From Candidatus Falkowbacteria bacterium (GTDB taxonomy: Bacteria; Patescibacteriota; Patescibacteriia; Patescibacteriales; UBA12075), in the NCBI GenBank assembly GCA_043801965.1, contig JAZDLN010000029.1, positions 1,587 to 65,586 on the forward strand: a stretch of 64,000 nucleotides of DNA. The letters are read 5' to 3'. The first letter of the stretch is position 1. Each line of letters starts with the position of its first letter. Of the stretch, positions 44,630-54,380 are shown in pieces. The notes under the pieces are model-generated. The model did no database searches. It worked only from the letters and a program-made list of their open reading frames with translations, and was not told the origin of the DNA. A program made the translations under genes and the position numbers.

Positions 44630-45784
44630 TTATATTCCCAGTTCTTGTCGGACAAAATCCTTTTTTTCTCCTTCGAGATCGTTTAAAATCATCGCGAATG
44701 AACGAAGTTTAGCGAGCCGGATAACCGCCTCCGCGGTTGATTGATCCTTATAGTGCTCCCGAACGGCTTTTTCGGCTCCACGGATGAATTCCTCCGCTTG
44801 GGCGGCCGTATTAAAATTTTCTATCGCGCTATTAAACGCGTTTCCCAGGTCGTAAACGATCGCCAATTCCCGATTCTGGGTCTTGCCGGAAAGGCGCCAG
44901 TCGCTTAAATACATCCTGCCGGCCGATAAACGCGCCGTTTCTAAATTTACGTCGCCGTGGACTAAGGCGTATTCATCTTCATTAAGTTGCCCGGCCTCTA
45001 TTGTCTCGCGGTATTTTACCATTTGCGCTTCTAAATTTTCTTTTATGTCTTCGCTGTTCAAATCGTCCAGGATTACCCGGGAGTTGTCCATATAGCCATC
45101 AAAATTATCGAAATAATCCTCGAAAACCCTCTGCTCCATTTCTAATTTCGTCTTTATGCCGTTCTCGACCATAATTTCTTTTATCATCCCGGTCGCGTTC
45201 AGGACGGTCTGAAGATTTATTAGGGTCTGCCCCAGAAGACGGCCCTCCGCCTCCCCGTATTCTTCCGTTTCCTTTTCCGATGATTTTATTTTTTTAAGCA
45301 GAAACATCTCGCCGACCTTGCGGCTGCGGTTGTATTCGACCAATGAATCGGCTGAGATCGTCCCCGCCGAAAAGAACTTGTTGATCTTTTCCCCGACCAA
45401 TATTTCCCGATTAAGCCATCTTTCCGCCTCTTCCCGCGGCGTCAGGTCCCATTTAACATAGTCCTTTTCCCTGTCCGGATCATATTTTGTGTCAACCTGT
45501 CCGACAAAGCGCAGACTGAGATTTTCGCCGCCGCGTTCCAATTCAAGGTCTAAAAACTTATCCTCTTCATTCCTGTTTCTTATTTCTTTAATCTTTTTAA
45601 TCGTTTCTTTCTCCAGACCGACGGTTTCTCTCGCCGACAGATCGAAGCCTAGGCGGGTTAATACGCTTTTTGCCCGTTGCCATAATTCCGACCGAAAGCC
45701 TTTCAATTTTTCTCCAGGGCGGGAAATTTTTTCTTTTTTCGGTTTTGGCGATTCGGGAAAACCGCCGGGTTTTTCCTTGGTCAT
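44630..45784 (-). CDS. Hypothetical protein with a putative APH/choline-kinase-like phosphotransferase core
   Basis: ALVHGDVNLETARLSAGRMYLSDWRLSG resembles the H-G-D-x-x-x-x-N ... D-[WF] catalytic/Mg loop of the aminoglycoside-phosphotransferase fold. The rest is unassigned. Confidence 0.35.
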   Translation of the reverse strand: MTKEKPGGFPESPKPKKEKISRPGEKLKGFRSELWQRAKSVLTRLGFDLSARETVGLEKETIKKIKEIRNRNEEDKFLDLELERGGENLSLRFVGQVDTKYDPDREKDYVKWDLTPREEAERWLNREILVGEKINKFFSAGTISADSLVEYNRSRKVGEMFLLKKIKSSEKETEEYGEAEGRLLGQTLINLQTVLNATGMIKEIMVENGIKTKLEMEQRVFEDYFDNFDGYMDNSRVILDDLNSEDIKENLEAQMVKYRETIEAGQLNEDEYALVHGDVNLETARLSAGRMYLSDWRLSGKTQNRELAIVYDLGNAFNSAIENFNTAAQAEEFIRGAEKAVREHYKDQSTAEAVIRLAKLRSFAMILNDLEGEKKDFVRQELGI

Positions 45785-45858
45785 GTTTTTATAAATAAAT
45801 ATAATAAAATAATGTGACGAATAACGCGCGTAGGAACGGAGCGCTAAAGCAGTTCTGG

Positions 45859-47187
45859 TTACAAAACTTCGGTTTTATCCCCATGAAACGTCTTTATTTC
45901 TTCATCCAGAATAATATCCTTATACCGGACCGGGGTTTTAAGATAAAGCCCGTCAAAGGTCCGGGCGCGGGACAGGGCCACGTAAGCCTGGCCGTGAGCG
46001 AAGGCTCCACGGCCGAAATCGACGATTACCCGGTCGAATGTCTTACCCTGGCTTTTGTGGATCGTTACGGCCCACGCGAGCTTAAGGGGAAATTGCCGAA
46101 AAACGCCCCTGGTTCGCTTTTCTATTTTCTCCCGTTGCCGATCGTAAGTATAATCGAAAATCTGCCATTCCGCGCTTAGAACAACATAAGAAGCTCCGTT
46201 TATATCCACCTCCACGTAGTCCGCTCCGAAATTTTTAACTACGCCCAGAGAGCCGTTGGCCCAGCGCCGTTCTCCGCCGCTGTCATTTTTTACCATCATT
46301 ATCTGCGCTCCTTTTTTCAGGCGGAGAGTTTTATCCGCCGGATAATCCCCGGCGCCGAAATCGCCGCTGACCAAGGCGTCGTAAACCATTTCGCGGCCGT
46401 TAAGCTCGTTAAGCTTGCCAGTATTTATGCGTTCCACGATCGCGTTAGTGGTTGCCAGAGTAACAACCGGTTCTGACGGTTGGCATATGCCGCAACGCGT
46501 ATTAAGGCGTTCCAGGTCGGCGGGAGAGAGGGAGTTTTCCCTGATCTTTTCCAGAATATTACGATAGTCGTCTTCCGTCTGCCGGAAAATTTTATTTAAA
46601 ACGATTTTTTTAAGATCTATCTCCCGGAATACCGGAGCGCAGAAATAATATATTCCGCCATAACGATCGAGAAGATAATTTTTTTCTTCGTCAGACGCCA
46701 CGACCGGCGGCAGTTGGTAAAGATCGCCGCAGACTATAAGCTGCTTTCCGCCGAAAGGCCTGTCATTGCCGATATTTTTCCTGAGAGAAAGGTCGATAGC
46801 GTTCATAAGATCGGCTCTAACCATCGAAATTTCATCGATCACGACCGCGTCAAGATTGTGGAATATTTCTGACTTCCGGGCCAGGCGCTTGATCTCTTCA
46901 TTTCTGCCCTCAAGCAGTCCGAAATGAAATTGAAAAAATGAGTGAATGGTCGCTCCTTCGACGTTTAAAGCGGCGACGCCCGTTGGCGCCAATACCACTA
47001 TTTTCTTTCCCGTGTGGCCGCAAAAATGCTTAAGAAGGGTGGATTTGCCGGTACCGGCCTTGCCCGTAATAAATATATTTTCTTTTGTGTATTCAAGAAG
47101 ATCCAAAGCCCGCCGGAATTCCGGGGTTATCTCTATCTCATTAGTGGCGAAAATATCAGGTCTTTGACCGAAAGTAATTAAATCCAT
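45859..47187 (-). CDS. Pif1/RecD-like SF1B DNA helicase
   Basis: ITGKAGTGKSTLLKH (Walker A), VVIDEISMV (Walker B), LIVCGDLYQLPPV, TIHKSQGKTFDRVIVD and AYVALSRAR. Confidence 0.85.
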   Translation of the reverse strand: MDLITFGQRPDIFATNEIEITPEFRRALDLLEYTKENIFITGKAGTGKSTLLKHFCGHTGKKIVVLAPTGVAALNVEGATIHSFFQFHFGLLEGRNEEIKRLARKSEIFHNLDAVVIDEISMVRADLMNAIDLSLRKNIGNDRPFGGKQLIVCGDLYQLPPVVASDEEKNYLLDRYGGIYYFCAPVFREIDLKKIVLNKIFRQTEDDYRNILEKIRENSLSPADLERLNTRCGICQPSEPVVTLATTNAIVERINTGKLNELNGREMVYDALVSGDFGAGDYPADKTLRLKKGAQIMMVKNDSGGERRWANGSLGVVKNFGADYVEVDINGASYVVLSAEWQIFDYTYDRQREKIEKRTRGVFRQFPLKLAWAVTIHKSQGKTFDRVIVDFGRGAFAHGQAYVALSRARTFDGLYLKTPVRYKDIILDEEIKTFHGDKTEVL

Positions 47188-47315
47188 CCGAGTAAATTAC
47201 TAAAAATAATTAACGATTAACGCTTATTTTATTATATACGAACAAACCGTGAAAGACAAATTTTAAATGAAAAAGGGGAGATTTTTCTCCCCTGAAAAGC
47301 GAATTACGGCCGTTT

Positions 47316-47744
47316 TCACCTTTTAAACAAACCGGCGGCTGTTTTTTCTTTATCTAATACATAACGATGATCTATGTCCTTGGGTTTTTCTCTGCTAATG
47401 GCGCGAAATAAAGAGAACTCGATTTCCCGGGCCGTGTATTCAAGATTCCTTTTTTCTTTCCTGGTTAAATCAGGACTTTTAAGTCTTCTCGAAAATTCAA
47501 TTTTCCAAAAATCAAGCGCCTCCTCAAGGTCCGTCCGTGAAACATATTTAAGTGTCTGCCCCGCCCGGATATAATTCCTTTTATCCAGGCTGTTAATCCG
47601 TTTTAACGCATCCGGAGTGGTTCCGAGTTTATCCGCGATACTATTAACCGTATCCCCCGATAAAACGACGTATTCGGCTGGCCGCGTTTCTGAAGTTAAC
47701 ATAAAAAGAACCACGAATGACGACAAAAGAACTATTTTAAACAT
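47316..47744 (-). CDS. Secreted LysM-domain protein
   Basis: Signal peptide and YVVLSGDTVNSIADKLGTTPDALKRINSLDKRNYIRAGQTLKY. Confidence 0.8.
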   Translation of the reverse strand: MFKIVLLSSFVVLFMLTSETRPAEYVVLSGDTVNSIADKLGTTPDALKRINSLDKRNYIRAGQTLKYVSRTDLEEALDFWKIEFSRRLKSPDLTRKEKRNLEYTAREIEFSLFRAISREKPKDIDHRYVLDKEKTAAGLFKR

Positions 47745-47872
47745 GATCCACCTCCTTAATTTATTATAAATTCCTGCTTTATTGATATTAATGAATATTT
47801 ATTAAAAAAAGATTACGGCTCCGCTATCGAATCAAAAAACCGCGGCCCTGGCGGGCCGCGGTTCGATATTTC

Positions 47873-50644
47873 TTAATCCAATTTTCCTTCTTCGATTTTT
47901 CCTAAATCGTCGTTCGTTATCCCCAGGCTTAAAAATCGCATGATTTCGTAAGCCGAGGCCCCGTTTTGCATATAATAGCGTCGCCCGTCATCCGGGCTCA
48001 CGTACCAGGCTTCGCCCTTGGATTCTACCTGCAGTATGATCCTCCCTTTAAGGCGATCGCTTAATCCGAAATCCGGCGGCAGTTGTCCCGATCCCTTCGG
48101 ATTATAACCGTTCATGATCTCGGCGTAATCATCATAACCGTCGCCGTCCGAATCGGGGTTTGCCGGATTTGTTGCCAGGGCCTCCTCCATCTTATCAGCT
48201 ACGCCGTCTTTATCCGAATCGGTTTCGTTGAACCTGCGGTCAAGACCGATCGGTATCTTGGCTAGATTTTCATTTGTAACACCCAGCCCGAAACGCCGCA
48301 TTATCTCATAAGCCGTCGCGCCGTTGGCCATATAAAACCTCTTTCCGTTATCCGGGTTCACGTACCAGGCCTCGCCTTTCGATTCTACCTGCAGTAAAAT
48401 CCTGCCTTTAAGCTTAGACGCCATCCCACCGGCGTTCACGTGCTTTGCCGGCGAAAATTTCTGCCCAGAGGAAATAGCTTGCTCGTTTACAGTTTTAATC
48501 GTTAAATTTTGAAGTTCGCCGTTGGCTATATAAAGCGCCGAACCATATTCAGTTTTATTAAAAGTAACCGTAAACAGATATGGTCCGGGAGAAATTATCG
48601 CTTCCGCGTATCCCTTATCCGTTGTTTTTACGGTCGACAAGCGCTTGCCCTTATAATAATTGTTGTTTTCGTCCGCTTCCAGGGCATAAACCGATATCGT
48701 GCTGTTGGACGGCAGGGCGGCCCCGTCCGGACCGACCGCGCCCACCCTGGTTAAATTAGGGACCAGGGTTTTTCCCGTCCGTTGCCGGTTCTTTATTTCC
48801 GTGTCCCAAAAAATAATATTCTGCTTAAGATCGTCCGATATTACGAAGGCGTATTTTCCGGCCGGATAAGCGAAACCGGCCGCGCCCTCATTATTGGTTT
48901 TAGCCGAACCCAGGGATTTACCCAAAGATTTTCCTCCCGAGGGCGTCTGGATCTGCTCGTAGAAATTGATCGTTTTATTCTTGATGGCCGATCCCGCGGG
49001 ATTGGTCAGTTTGACGATGATATCGCTTAAGGTATAATCCAGATAAACATCCTGATAAGCGGGCACGATAATATTATATTCATTGTACTCAACCTTGCCG
49101 CCTCCGCTTACCGATAATACGTATACGCCCCGTTTGTTCTTGTCGTGGGGATGCGCGGACGCGACGAAAACCAGGGCTTTCCCTTCTTCCGAGGTGGTTA
49201 AAGCCGAACTTACCAGGTCTTTTTTTTCTTTGACCGGGTTGCCGTCCACGTCGAATTTCTGCGTATAAACGGAAAATTTTTGGTTTTTCCTAAGTGTTCC
49301 GTCGGCATTCCGTAGAATTACCTGAATAACCGGCAGTTTTTTAACGATCTCCTTGTCCCGACCACAAATAAAACGGATCTCGTCCATAAACCAGTAATCC
49401 CCGACATTGGCGTTCTTGTCATAAATTTTTAAAGCGTACAATTTTCGCGGATCCGGATTAAAGACCGCCGTAGCCTGGCCGTTAGAATCGAGTTTGCCGG
49501 ATTTAATTTTGGTTCCGGCCGCCGATTTTCCGTTAGCATCCTCGATCTGTTCGTATAATTCATAACTCAGGCCAGGGATCAAATTATTTTGATAATCCCT
49601 GGTAATAAGCGTAAGGGTTGAGGCCGCCGCGCAAGCGCCGCTTCCTAGCTCCTGGTCCTCGGCCGTGGTCAACTCATAGGTTTTGCGCTTCTGGTCCGCT
49701 ATATAAAGATCAAGGAAATAAATATATTGTTTATCGGTTCCCGTGATCCGGGCCATATATCGTCCGGCCGGATATTCAAAAACAGCTTCACCCTTATCGT
49801 TCGTAACGACTGTCCCGACAAGCGTCCCCATCTTGTCTTCATCGTTAACTCCCGTTTCCTGTTTATAAATACTGATTTTTGTGTTAGCCGGAAAAAATAC
49901 GTTATTAGAATCGCGAAAAACCAGCTTCATGTCGCTATAGACATAATTGATGTTGGTGGTGTGCTCATAGCTGGCGTAAATATCATATTGGGTATAAACG
50001 CCGGATTTATCGTCTCCCGATTCAAACACGAATATCCCGCCGGTTTTGCCGTCTACTGACTGATCGTCGCTCGGGAGATAGATCTTAACCATCCCTTCCC
50101 CCGAAGAATCAAAGGCCGCCACCAGATCCTCTTTCTCTTTAATGGGTTCGGAATCAGCGTCTTTCCTTTGCGTGTATAAAGAAAACTTTCGGTTCTTTTG
50201 CAGGTTGCCGTTGGTATTGCGTAGCGTGAATTTCAGAGCCGAGAGCACTTTCGTGATTTCCACGGACTGACCGCAATCAAGAATGATCTCATTATAATAA
50301 TAAAATGACGTAAAGTCCTTATTGACAACGTTTATTTTTAAAGCGTAATTAACGGCGTCCGGACTTTGGAAAATTACCGTGCCTTTTCCTAGGAGGGCAT
50401 CCGTTTTTCCCGATCCCACGAGCTTGCCCGGCTTAGGGAGGCCGTCAACATCCACCGCCTGCTCATAAACGCTGAAATTCGCGTTTGGAATGAAATTCCC
50501 GTCAGTATCGCGGGCGATAACCGTTATGGATTTAGAACAATCCTGAGCGTTCGCGGGCAATATCGGCAGAACCAGACAAAAACCCGCCATTAAGAGCGTT
50601 CCGAACAATAATCGATTTATTTTTAGGGTATTTAATTTTTCCAT
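47873..50644 (-). CDS. Large secreted protein: duplicated ~330-aa beta-rich (Ig/prealbumin-like) modules, TSP3-like Ca-binding linker, two C-terminal 'GEAWYV' modules
   Basis: Signal peptide. Internal duplication (C-x-x-S-I/L-T-V/L-I-x-RD...YEQ...YALKI...RKNxKFSxYTQ). DSDKDGVADK...NPDSDGDGYDDYAE. Modules KGRILLQVESKGEAWYVNPDNGKRFYM and KGRIILQVESKGEAWYVSPDDGRRYYM. Confidence 0.75.
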   Translation of the reverse strand: MEKLNTLKINRLLFGTLLMAGFCLVLPILPANAQDCSKSITVIARDTDGNFIPNANFSVYEQAVDVDGLPKPGKLVGSGKTDALLGKGTVIFQSPDAVNYALKINVVNKDFTSFYYYNEIILDCGQSVEITKVLSALKFTLRNTNGNLQKNRKFSLYTQRKDADSEPIKEKEDLVAAFDSSGEGMVKIYLPSDDQSVDGKTGGIFVFESGDDKSGVYTQYDIYASYEHTTNINYVYSDMKLVFRDSNNVFFPANTKISIYKQETGVNDEDKMGTLVGTVVTNDKGEAVFEYPAGRYMARITGTDKQYIYFLDLYIADQKRKTYELTTAEDQELGSGACAAASTLTLITRDYQNNLIPGLSYELYEQIEDANGKSAAGTKIKSGKLDSNGQATAVFNPDPRKLYALKIYDKNANVGDYWFMDEIRFICGRDKEIVKKLPVIQVILRNADGTLRKNQKFSVYTQKFDVDGNPVKEKKDLVSSALTTSEEGKALVFVASAHPHDKNKRGVYVLSVSGGGKVEYNEYNIIVPAYQDVYLDYTLSDIIVKLTNPAGSAIKNKTINFYEQIQTPSGGKSLGKSLGSAKTNNEGAAGFAYPAGKYAFVISDDLKQNIIFWDTEIKNRQRTGKTLVPNLTRVGAVGPDGAALPSNSTISVYALEADENNNYYKGKRLSTVKTTDKGYAEAIISPGPYLFTVTFNKTEYGSALYIANGELQNLTIKTVNEQAISSGQKFSPAKHVNAGGMASKLKGRILLQVESKGEAWYVNPDNGKRFYMANGATAYEIMRRFGLGVTNENLAKIPIGLDRRFNETDSDKDGVADKMEEALATNPANPDSDGDGYDDYAEIMNGYNPKGSGQLPPDFGLSDRLKGRIILQVESKGEAWYVSPDDGRRYYMQNGASAYEIMRFLSLGITNDDLGKIEEGKLD

Positions 50645-50785
50645 AATAATAAATTATTAAATAAATTATAACTTAATTATATAATAATTAAGCTGGTACG
50701 GCAAACGCCCGCGCGAAAATATCGCTTAAGCATAATATTATAAAACCCGCTCGTTTTTGGAGCGGGTTTTATGTTAAAAAATAAT

Positions 50786-51559
50786 TTACTTTTTTTCTCT
50801 CTGCCTGACCGCCTCATAAACTATGATAGCCGCGCTTACGGAAGCGTTAAGCGAATCGATTTTCCCTTTCATCGGGATTTTTATCTTTTTATCGGCCGCC
50901 TTAAACCAGGTTTCGCTCAAACCTTCGTGTTCGGCGCCGATGACTATAGCCGTCGGTCCCCGATAATCCGGTTCCGTGTAGAACATGTCAGTCTCGGGCG
51001 CGGCGGCTAAAATATTTATTTTATTTTTTCTAAGCCAGTGCATAACCTCATTAGCGGAACTAACCGCTGTCTGGACGGCAAAAACGGTTCCCCGGCTGGC
51101 GCGGATAACGTTCGGGTTGTAAATATCGGTCTTGGGATCGGTTACTATGACAGCGTCCGCTCCGGCGGCATCCGCCGTTCGAAGGATCGCGCCCAGGTTG
51201 CCTGGTTTTTCCACTGTTTCCAGAATGATCACAAGCGGATTCCCGGATAACCGAACCTCGCCCAATTTTAAATATCCCGGCCTGGCCAGCATAAGCCACC
51301 CGTCCGGATTTTCGCGCAAGGAAATCTTTTTGAATATTTCCGGGGTAGTTTCAAAAAGTTCGATTCCGGCTGGAAAAACCGGCGGCATCCCGTATTCCGG
51401 ACAGAAAAAAAACGCTTCGGGTTTTAATCCGGCGGCCAACGCCATTTCCGTTTCCTTTTTTCCCTCGACTATTATAAGATCTTCCTCCCGCCTCTTGCCT
51501 GCCTTGCGCAATTTTATTACTTCTTTGATCTTCGGATTTTGCGCGCTTGTAATTCGCAT
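50786..51559 (-). CDS. TrmH/SpoU-family RNA 2'-O-methyltransferase
   Basis: LETVEKPGNLGAILRTADAAGADAVIV...IPMKGKIDSLNASVSAAIIVYE. Confidence 0.85.
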   Translation of the reverse strand: MRITSAQNPKIKEVIKLRKAGKRREEDLIIVEGKKETEMALAAGLKPEAFFFCPEYGMPPVFPAGIELFETTPEIFKKISLRENPDGWLMLARPGYLKLGEVRLSGNPLVIILETVEKPGNLGAILRTADAAGADAVIVTDPKTDIYNPNVIRASRGTVFAVQTAVSSANEVMHWLRKNKINILAAAPETDMFYTEPDYRGPTAIVIGAEHEGLSETWFKAADKKIKIPMKGKIDSLNASVSAAIIVYEAVRQREKK

Positions 51560-51570
51560 ATGCTTCTCGC

Positions 51571-52263
51571 TTAATATTTAGTGTTGTTGCTGTTTTTTGT
51601 CCGGTTCTTTTTGTTTTCCAAAAGATAAACAACGTAAGAATAAACCACCGTCCCCAATAAAATAAAGATCATGTCGGCCATAAAGAGGGGCGCGCGCCAG
51701 GAAACCGGCATCCAGTTCATTGCCAAGAAAACCAGTCCGGCCAGCATGAATATTTTTCCTCCGAACCGGTGGGTTTTATTCCAGACCTCCTCCGAGGAGA
51801 GGGTCCAGGGGGTGCGGATCCCCATAAACCAATTAGGTTTTATCTTGCCCATATAATTACCAAGCAAAATAAATAAAACGCCGACCATGCCCGGCACCCA
51901 TAATCCGATATTAATATCGCCCCCCAAGGCGCTAAAAGAGGTAAGAAAATAAATAATCGCCATGAACGTCACGATAAAACCTTTGAATACGTGATATACT
52001 TTTCGAAACTGCTCGTACCTGTCCTTTTTCGGATCAAGGTAGGGAATTCCTAAAAATAATAAATACATTCCTAATATAACGATTGGAATCAAGAACGCTC
52101 CGACCCAGCGCGAACCCCAGCCATCGATCTCGCCAGCCGCGTTCCAGTGCATCGGCACGCGTTCCGGAAAATGGGCATAAAAATAAAAAGAAGAAATTAC
52201 GGCCGCGGCCACACCCAAAACGGGGATTATTTCGGTTTTAACGGTAGGTTTGATAGGATTCAT
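51571..52263 (-). CDS. SdpI/YhfL-family membrane protein (DUF1648 + SdpI)
   Basis: MHWNAAGEIDGWGSRW and GNYMGKIKPNWFMGIRTPWTLSSEEVWNKTHRFGGK. Confidence 0.75.
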   Translation of the reverse strand: MNPIKPTVKTEIIPVLGVAAAVISSFYFYAHFPERVPMHWNAAGEIDGWGSRWVGAFLIPIVILGMYLLFLGIPYLDPKKDRYEQFRKVYHVFKGFIVTFMAIIYFLTSFSALGGDINIGLWVPGMVGVLFILLGNYMGKIKPNWFMGIRTPWTLSSEEVWNKTHRFGGKIFMLAGLVFLAMNWMPVSWRAPLFMADMIFILLGTVVYSYVVYLLENKKNRTKNSNNTKY

Positions 52264-52269
52264 ATGATT

Positions 52270-52533
52270 TTATTTTTTAAAAAATTTAATTAATTTTTCC
52301 GCCACTTCCTCGAACACGCTTAAATTAAGCGAGTATATGAGGTTTTGGCCCTCCCGCCGAAAAGTGACAAGATCGGCCTGTTTCAGTATGTTAAGGTGGT
52401 GCGATAAAGAGGGCGGGGTAATAGAAAAATTTTTAGCGATTTCTGAAACGCCCGAATCTTTCTTTTTAAGTATCTCGAGGATTTTAAGCCTGGTCGGATC
52501 GGCTAGGGCGTGCATGGTTTTACTTAATGTCAT
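52270..52533 (-). CDS. ArsR/SmtB-family (SdpR-like) transcriptional regulator
   Basis: ALADPTRLKILEILKKKDSGVSEIAKNFSITPPSLSHHLNILKQADLV. Confidence 0.85.
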   Translation of the reverse strand: MTLSKTMHALADPTRLKILEILKKKDSGVSEIAKNFSITPPSLSHHLNILKQADLVTFRREGQNLIYSLNLSVFEEVAEKLIKFFKK

Positions 52534-52633
52534 TTTAATATAATTAGATATTTAGACAACTATCTAAATTATATCATATAAATATTTTTTGTCAAGACAC
52601 GAAAAAACCGTTCACTGGGGAACGGTTCTGTTT

Positions 52634-52822
52634 TTATTTTTTTGTTTCTTTTTTAAACTTCTTAAAATAACAGCGTTCGCAGCGCGCCACGCAATCGAGT
52701 CCGTAGACGACGCATCGGCCGCATATTATTTTTTGGCAGTCTTCGCATCGAAGCGGCTGGCGCGCGCCTGCCTGGTTCCGGCCCGGCGGCGCTCCGCAAA
52801 AAAAACAACGATCGGTTTTCAT
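52634..52822 (-). CDS. Cys-rich zinc-ribbon-like mini-protein
   Basis: MKTDRCFFCG...LRCEDCQKIICGRCVVYGLDCVARCERCYF has 10 Cys, mostly as CxxC pairs. A terminator hairpin AACCGTTC...GAACGGTT lies at about 52604-52630 on the minus strand. Confidence 0.5.
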   Translation of the reverse strand: MKTDRCFFCGAPPGRNQAGARQPLRCEDCQKIICGRCVVYGLDCVARCERCYFKKFKKETKK

Positions 52823-52846
52823 TCCGCCTCCCAACTGGTCCGGCGA

Positions 52847-54325
52847 TTATTTAAACATCATCTCTTTGGTATAAAAATCGACTGGCGCGTAATCATCGGT
52901 TAAAGCCGGCAGGTCGGAATCAAGATCTTCCGTCCAGATATTTTTTAAAGAATCGTTGATTTCCCGGTCGTCGCTATTAAAAAATATTTTCTCCGTTTTT
53001 TTTGTGGCTATAAGAATAATATTTTGCCGCTCCGCGGGATCGCTGCCTTTATGCACGGCGAACAGAAATACCTGCGGAAAAATCTCTTTGTAGGTTGCCA
53101 GCTCCGCCCGCAGGAATTTTCCCTTATCGCCCTTGAAGGCTGAGATCAAATTAAGAACAACCACGCCGTCATCGGACAGTGAGTCATAGATTTTTTGTAC
53201 CGCCTCCCGCGTGGTCAACTGGAAAGGGATCGAAATATGGGAATTAAACGCGTCAAGATAAATATGGTCATAGGCCGCTTTATTCCGGTTTAAAAATATG
53301 CGGCCGTCTTCGTTAAAGACTTCGATTCTCGGATCATCCCGGTAATAAAAATACTGCCGCGCCAAGTCGATAAGCCTGCCGTCAAGTTCGACCACGTCCA
53401 TTTCCGAATCAGGGTTCCTTAAAATATAATCACGGGGAAAAGTGAATATCCCCCCGCCAACGAGAAGCGCGCGGTCCGCCCGGGGATTAAAATGCTCCGC
53501 GACGTGGAAAAATTTAAGATAATCAAAAACCATCTCGTCCGGATTATCCGTATAAACCGCCGCCTGGGTTCCGAAGGGATCGGTTTTAATTACTCTGATC
53601 GGCCGGCCGTTATGTTCCCGATCGTATATCCAGTAACGGTTATAAGCCGTGTCAACATCGACCATTCCGGGATAAGCGGTTACGGCTAGACTGCCGGTAT
53701 AAAATATGATCGAGGCTACGGCCAGTATGGAAATTTTTTCTATCCAAAAACGCCGGCCGGAGATCATTAAAGCGGTTACGGCCAGGATAAGAGCGAGAAT
53801 CCAGAGAACCAAAGTGGTGCCGAAACGCGGAATAAGCCAAAAACCGGCCGCGAATGTGCCGGCGATACTGCCGATGGTGGATATCGCGTATAAACGTCCG
53901 ACCACGCCGCCGCTTTGATCAAGCGACCGCAATTTAAGCCTAACCGCGTAAGGCGTCGCCATTCCCAGAAACGCGCTTCCGGGCGCGAAGAGGACTATCG
54001 CCGCCAAAATGCTTCCTGAATTGATGGACAACGCCATCCCATCCAGTAATACCAGAAATAAATCCTTGCCGGAGGCGGTTAATCCGATAAAAAAAGCCGC
54101 GGCCCCCAGGACCGCCGCCAGCACTTTTAGATCCTGGCGCCTATCAGCCAGCTTTCCGCCGATGAAATAACCCAGGCTCAGGCTTCCCAGGATTATCCCG
54201 ATAAGACTTGTCCAAACGACGAGCGATGTTCCGAGGTAAGGGGCCAATACCCGCGCGCCCGCGATCTCGAAGATCATGCCGGCCGCGCCGGTTATAAATA
54301 AGATTACTTCCAAAACTATTTTCAT
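52847..54325 (-). CDS. Fused polytopic membrane domain + spermidine-synthase-like (aminopropyl/methyl-transferase fold) protein
   Basis: About 7 N-terminal TM helices, then ALLVGGGIFTFPRDYI ... YDHIYLDAFNS, typical of spermidine synthase family proteins. Confidence 0.7.
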   Translation of the reverse strand: MKIVLEVILFITGAAGMIFEIAGARVLAPYLGTSLVVWTSLIGIILGSLSLGYFIGGKLADRRQDLKVLAAVLGAAAFFIGLTASGKDLFLVLLDGMALSINSGSILAAIVLFAPGSAFLGMATPYAVRLKLRSLDQSGGVVGRLYAISTIGSIAGTFAAGFWLIPRFGTTLVLWILALILAVTALMISGRRFWIEKISILAVASIIFYTGSLAVTAYPGMVDVDTAYNRYWIYDREHNGRPIRVIKTDPFGTQAAVYTDNPDEMVFDYLKFFHVAEHFNPRADRALLVGGGIFTFPRDYILRNPDSEMDVVELDGRLIDLARQYFYYRDDPRIEVFNEDGRIFLNRNKAAYDHIYLDAFNSHISIPFQLTTREAVQKIYDSLSDDGVVVLNLISAFKGDKGKFLRAELATYKEIFPQVFLFAVHKGSDPAERQNIILIATKKTEKIFFNSDDREINDSLKNIWTEDLDSDLPALTDDYAPVDFYTKEMMFK

Positions 54326-54380
54326 GTGACGCTTGTGTCCGCTTTTTTCGCGGCTTTGTTAAATTTTATTTAACCGGGAG

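Noticed and set aside
45814-46179. 121-aa plus-strand ORF overlapping the 3' end of the Pif1-like helicase gene
   Set aside because: It is antisense to a helicase frame with all SF1B motifs, and it has no independent support.
47838-47863. GGTTCGA-containing sequence as a possible tRNA T-arm
   Set aside because: It is part of a perfect 11-bp terminator stem (AACCGCGGCCC/GGGCCGCGGTT) behind the 923-aa gene. No cloverleaf can be drawn.
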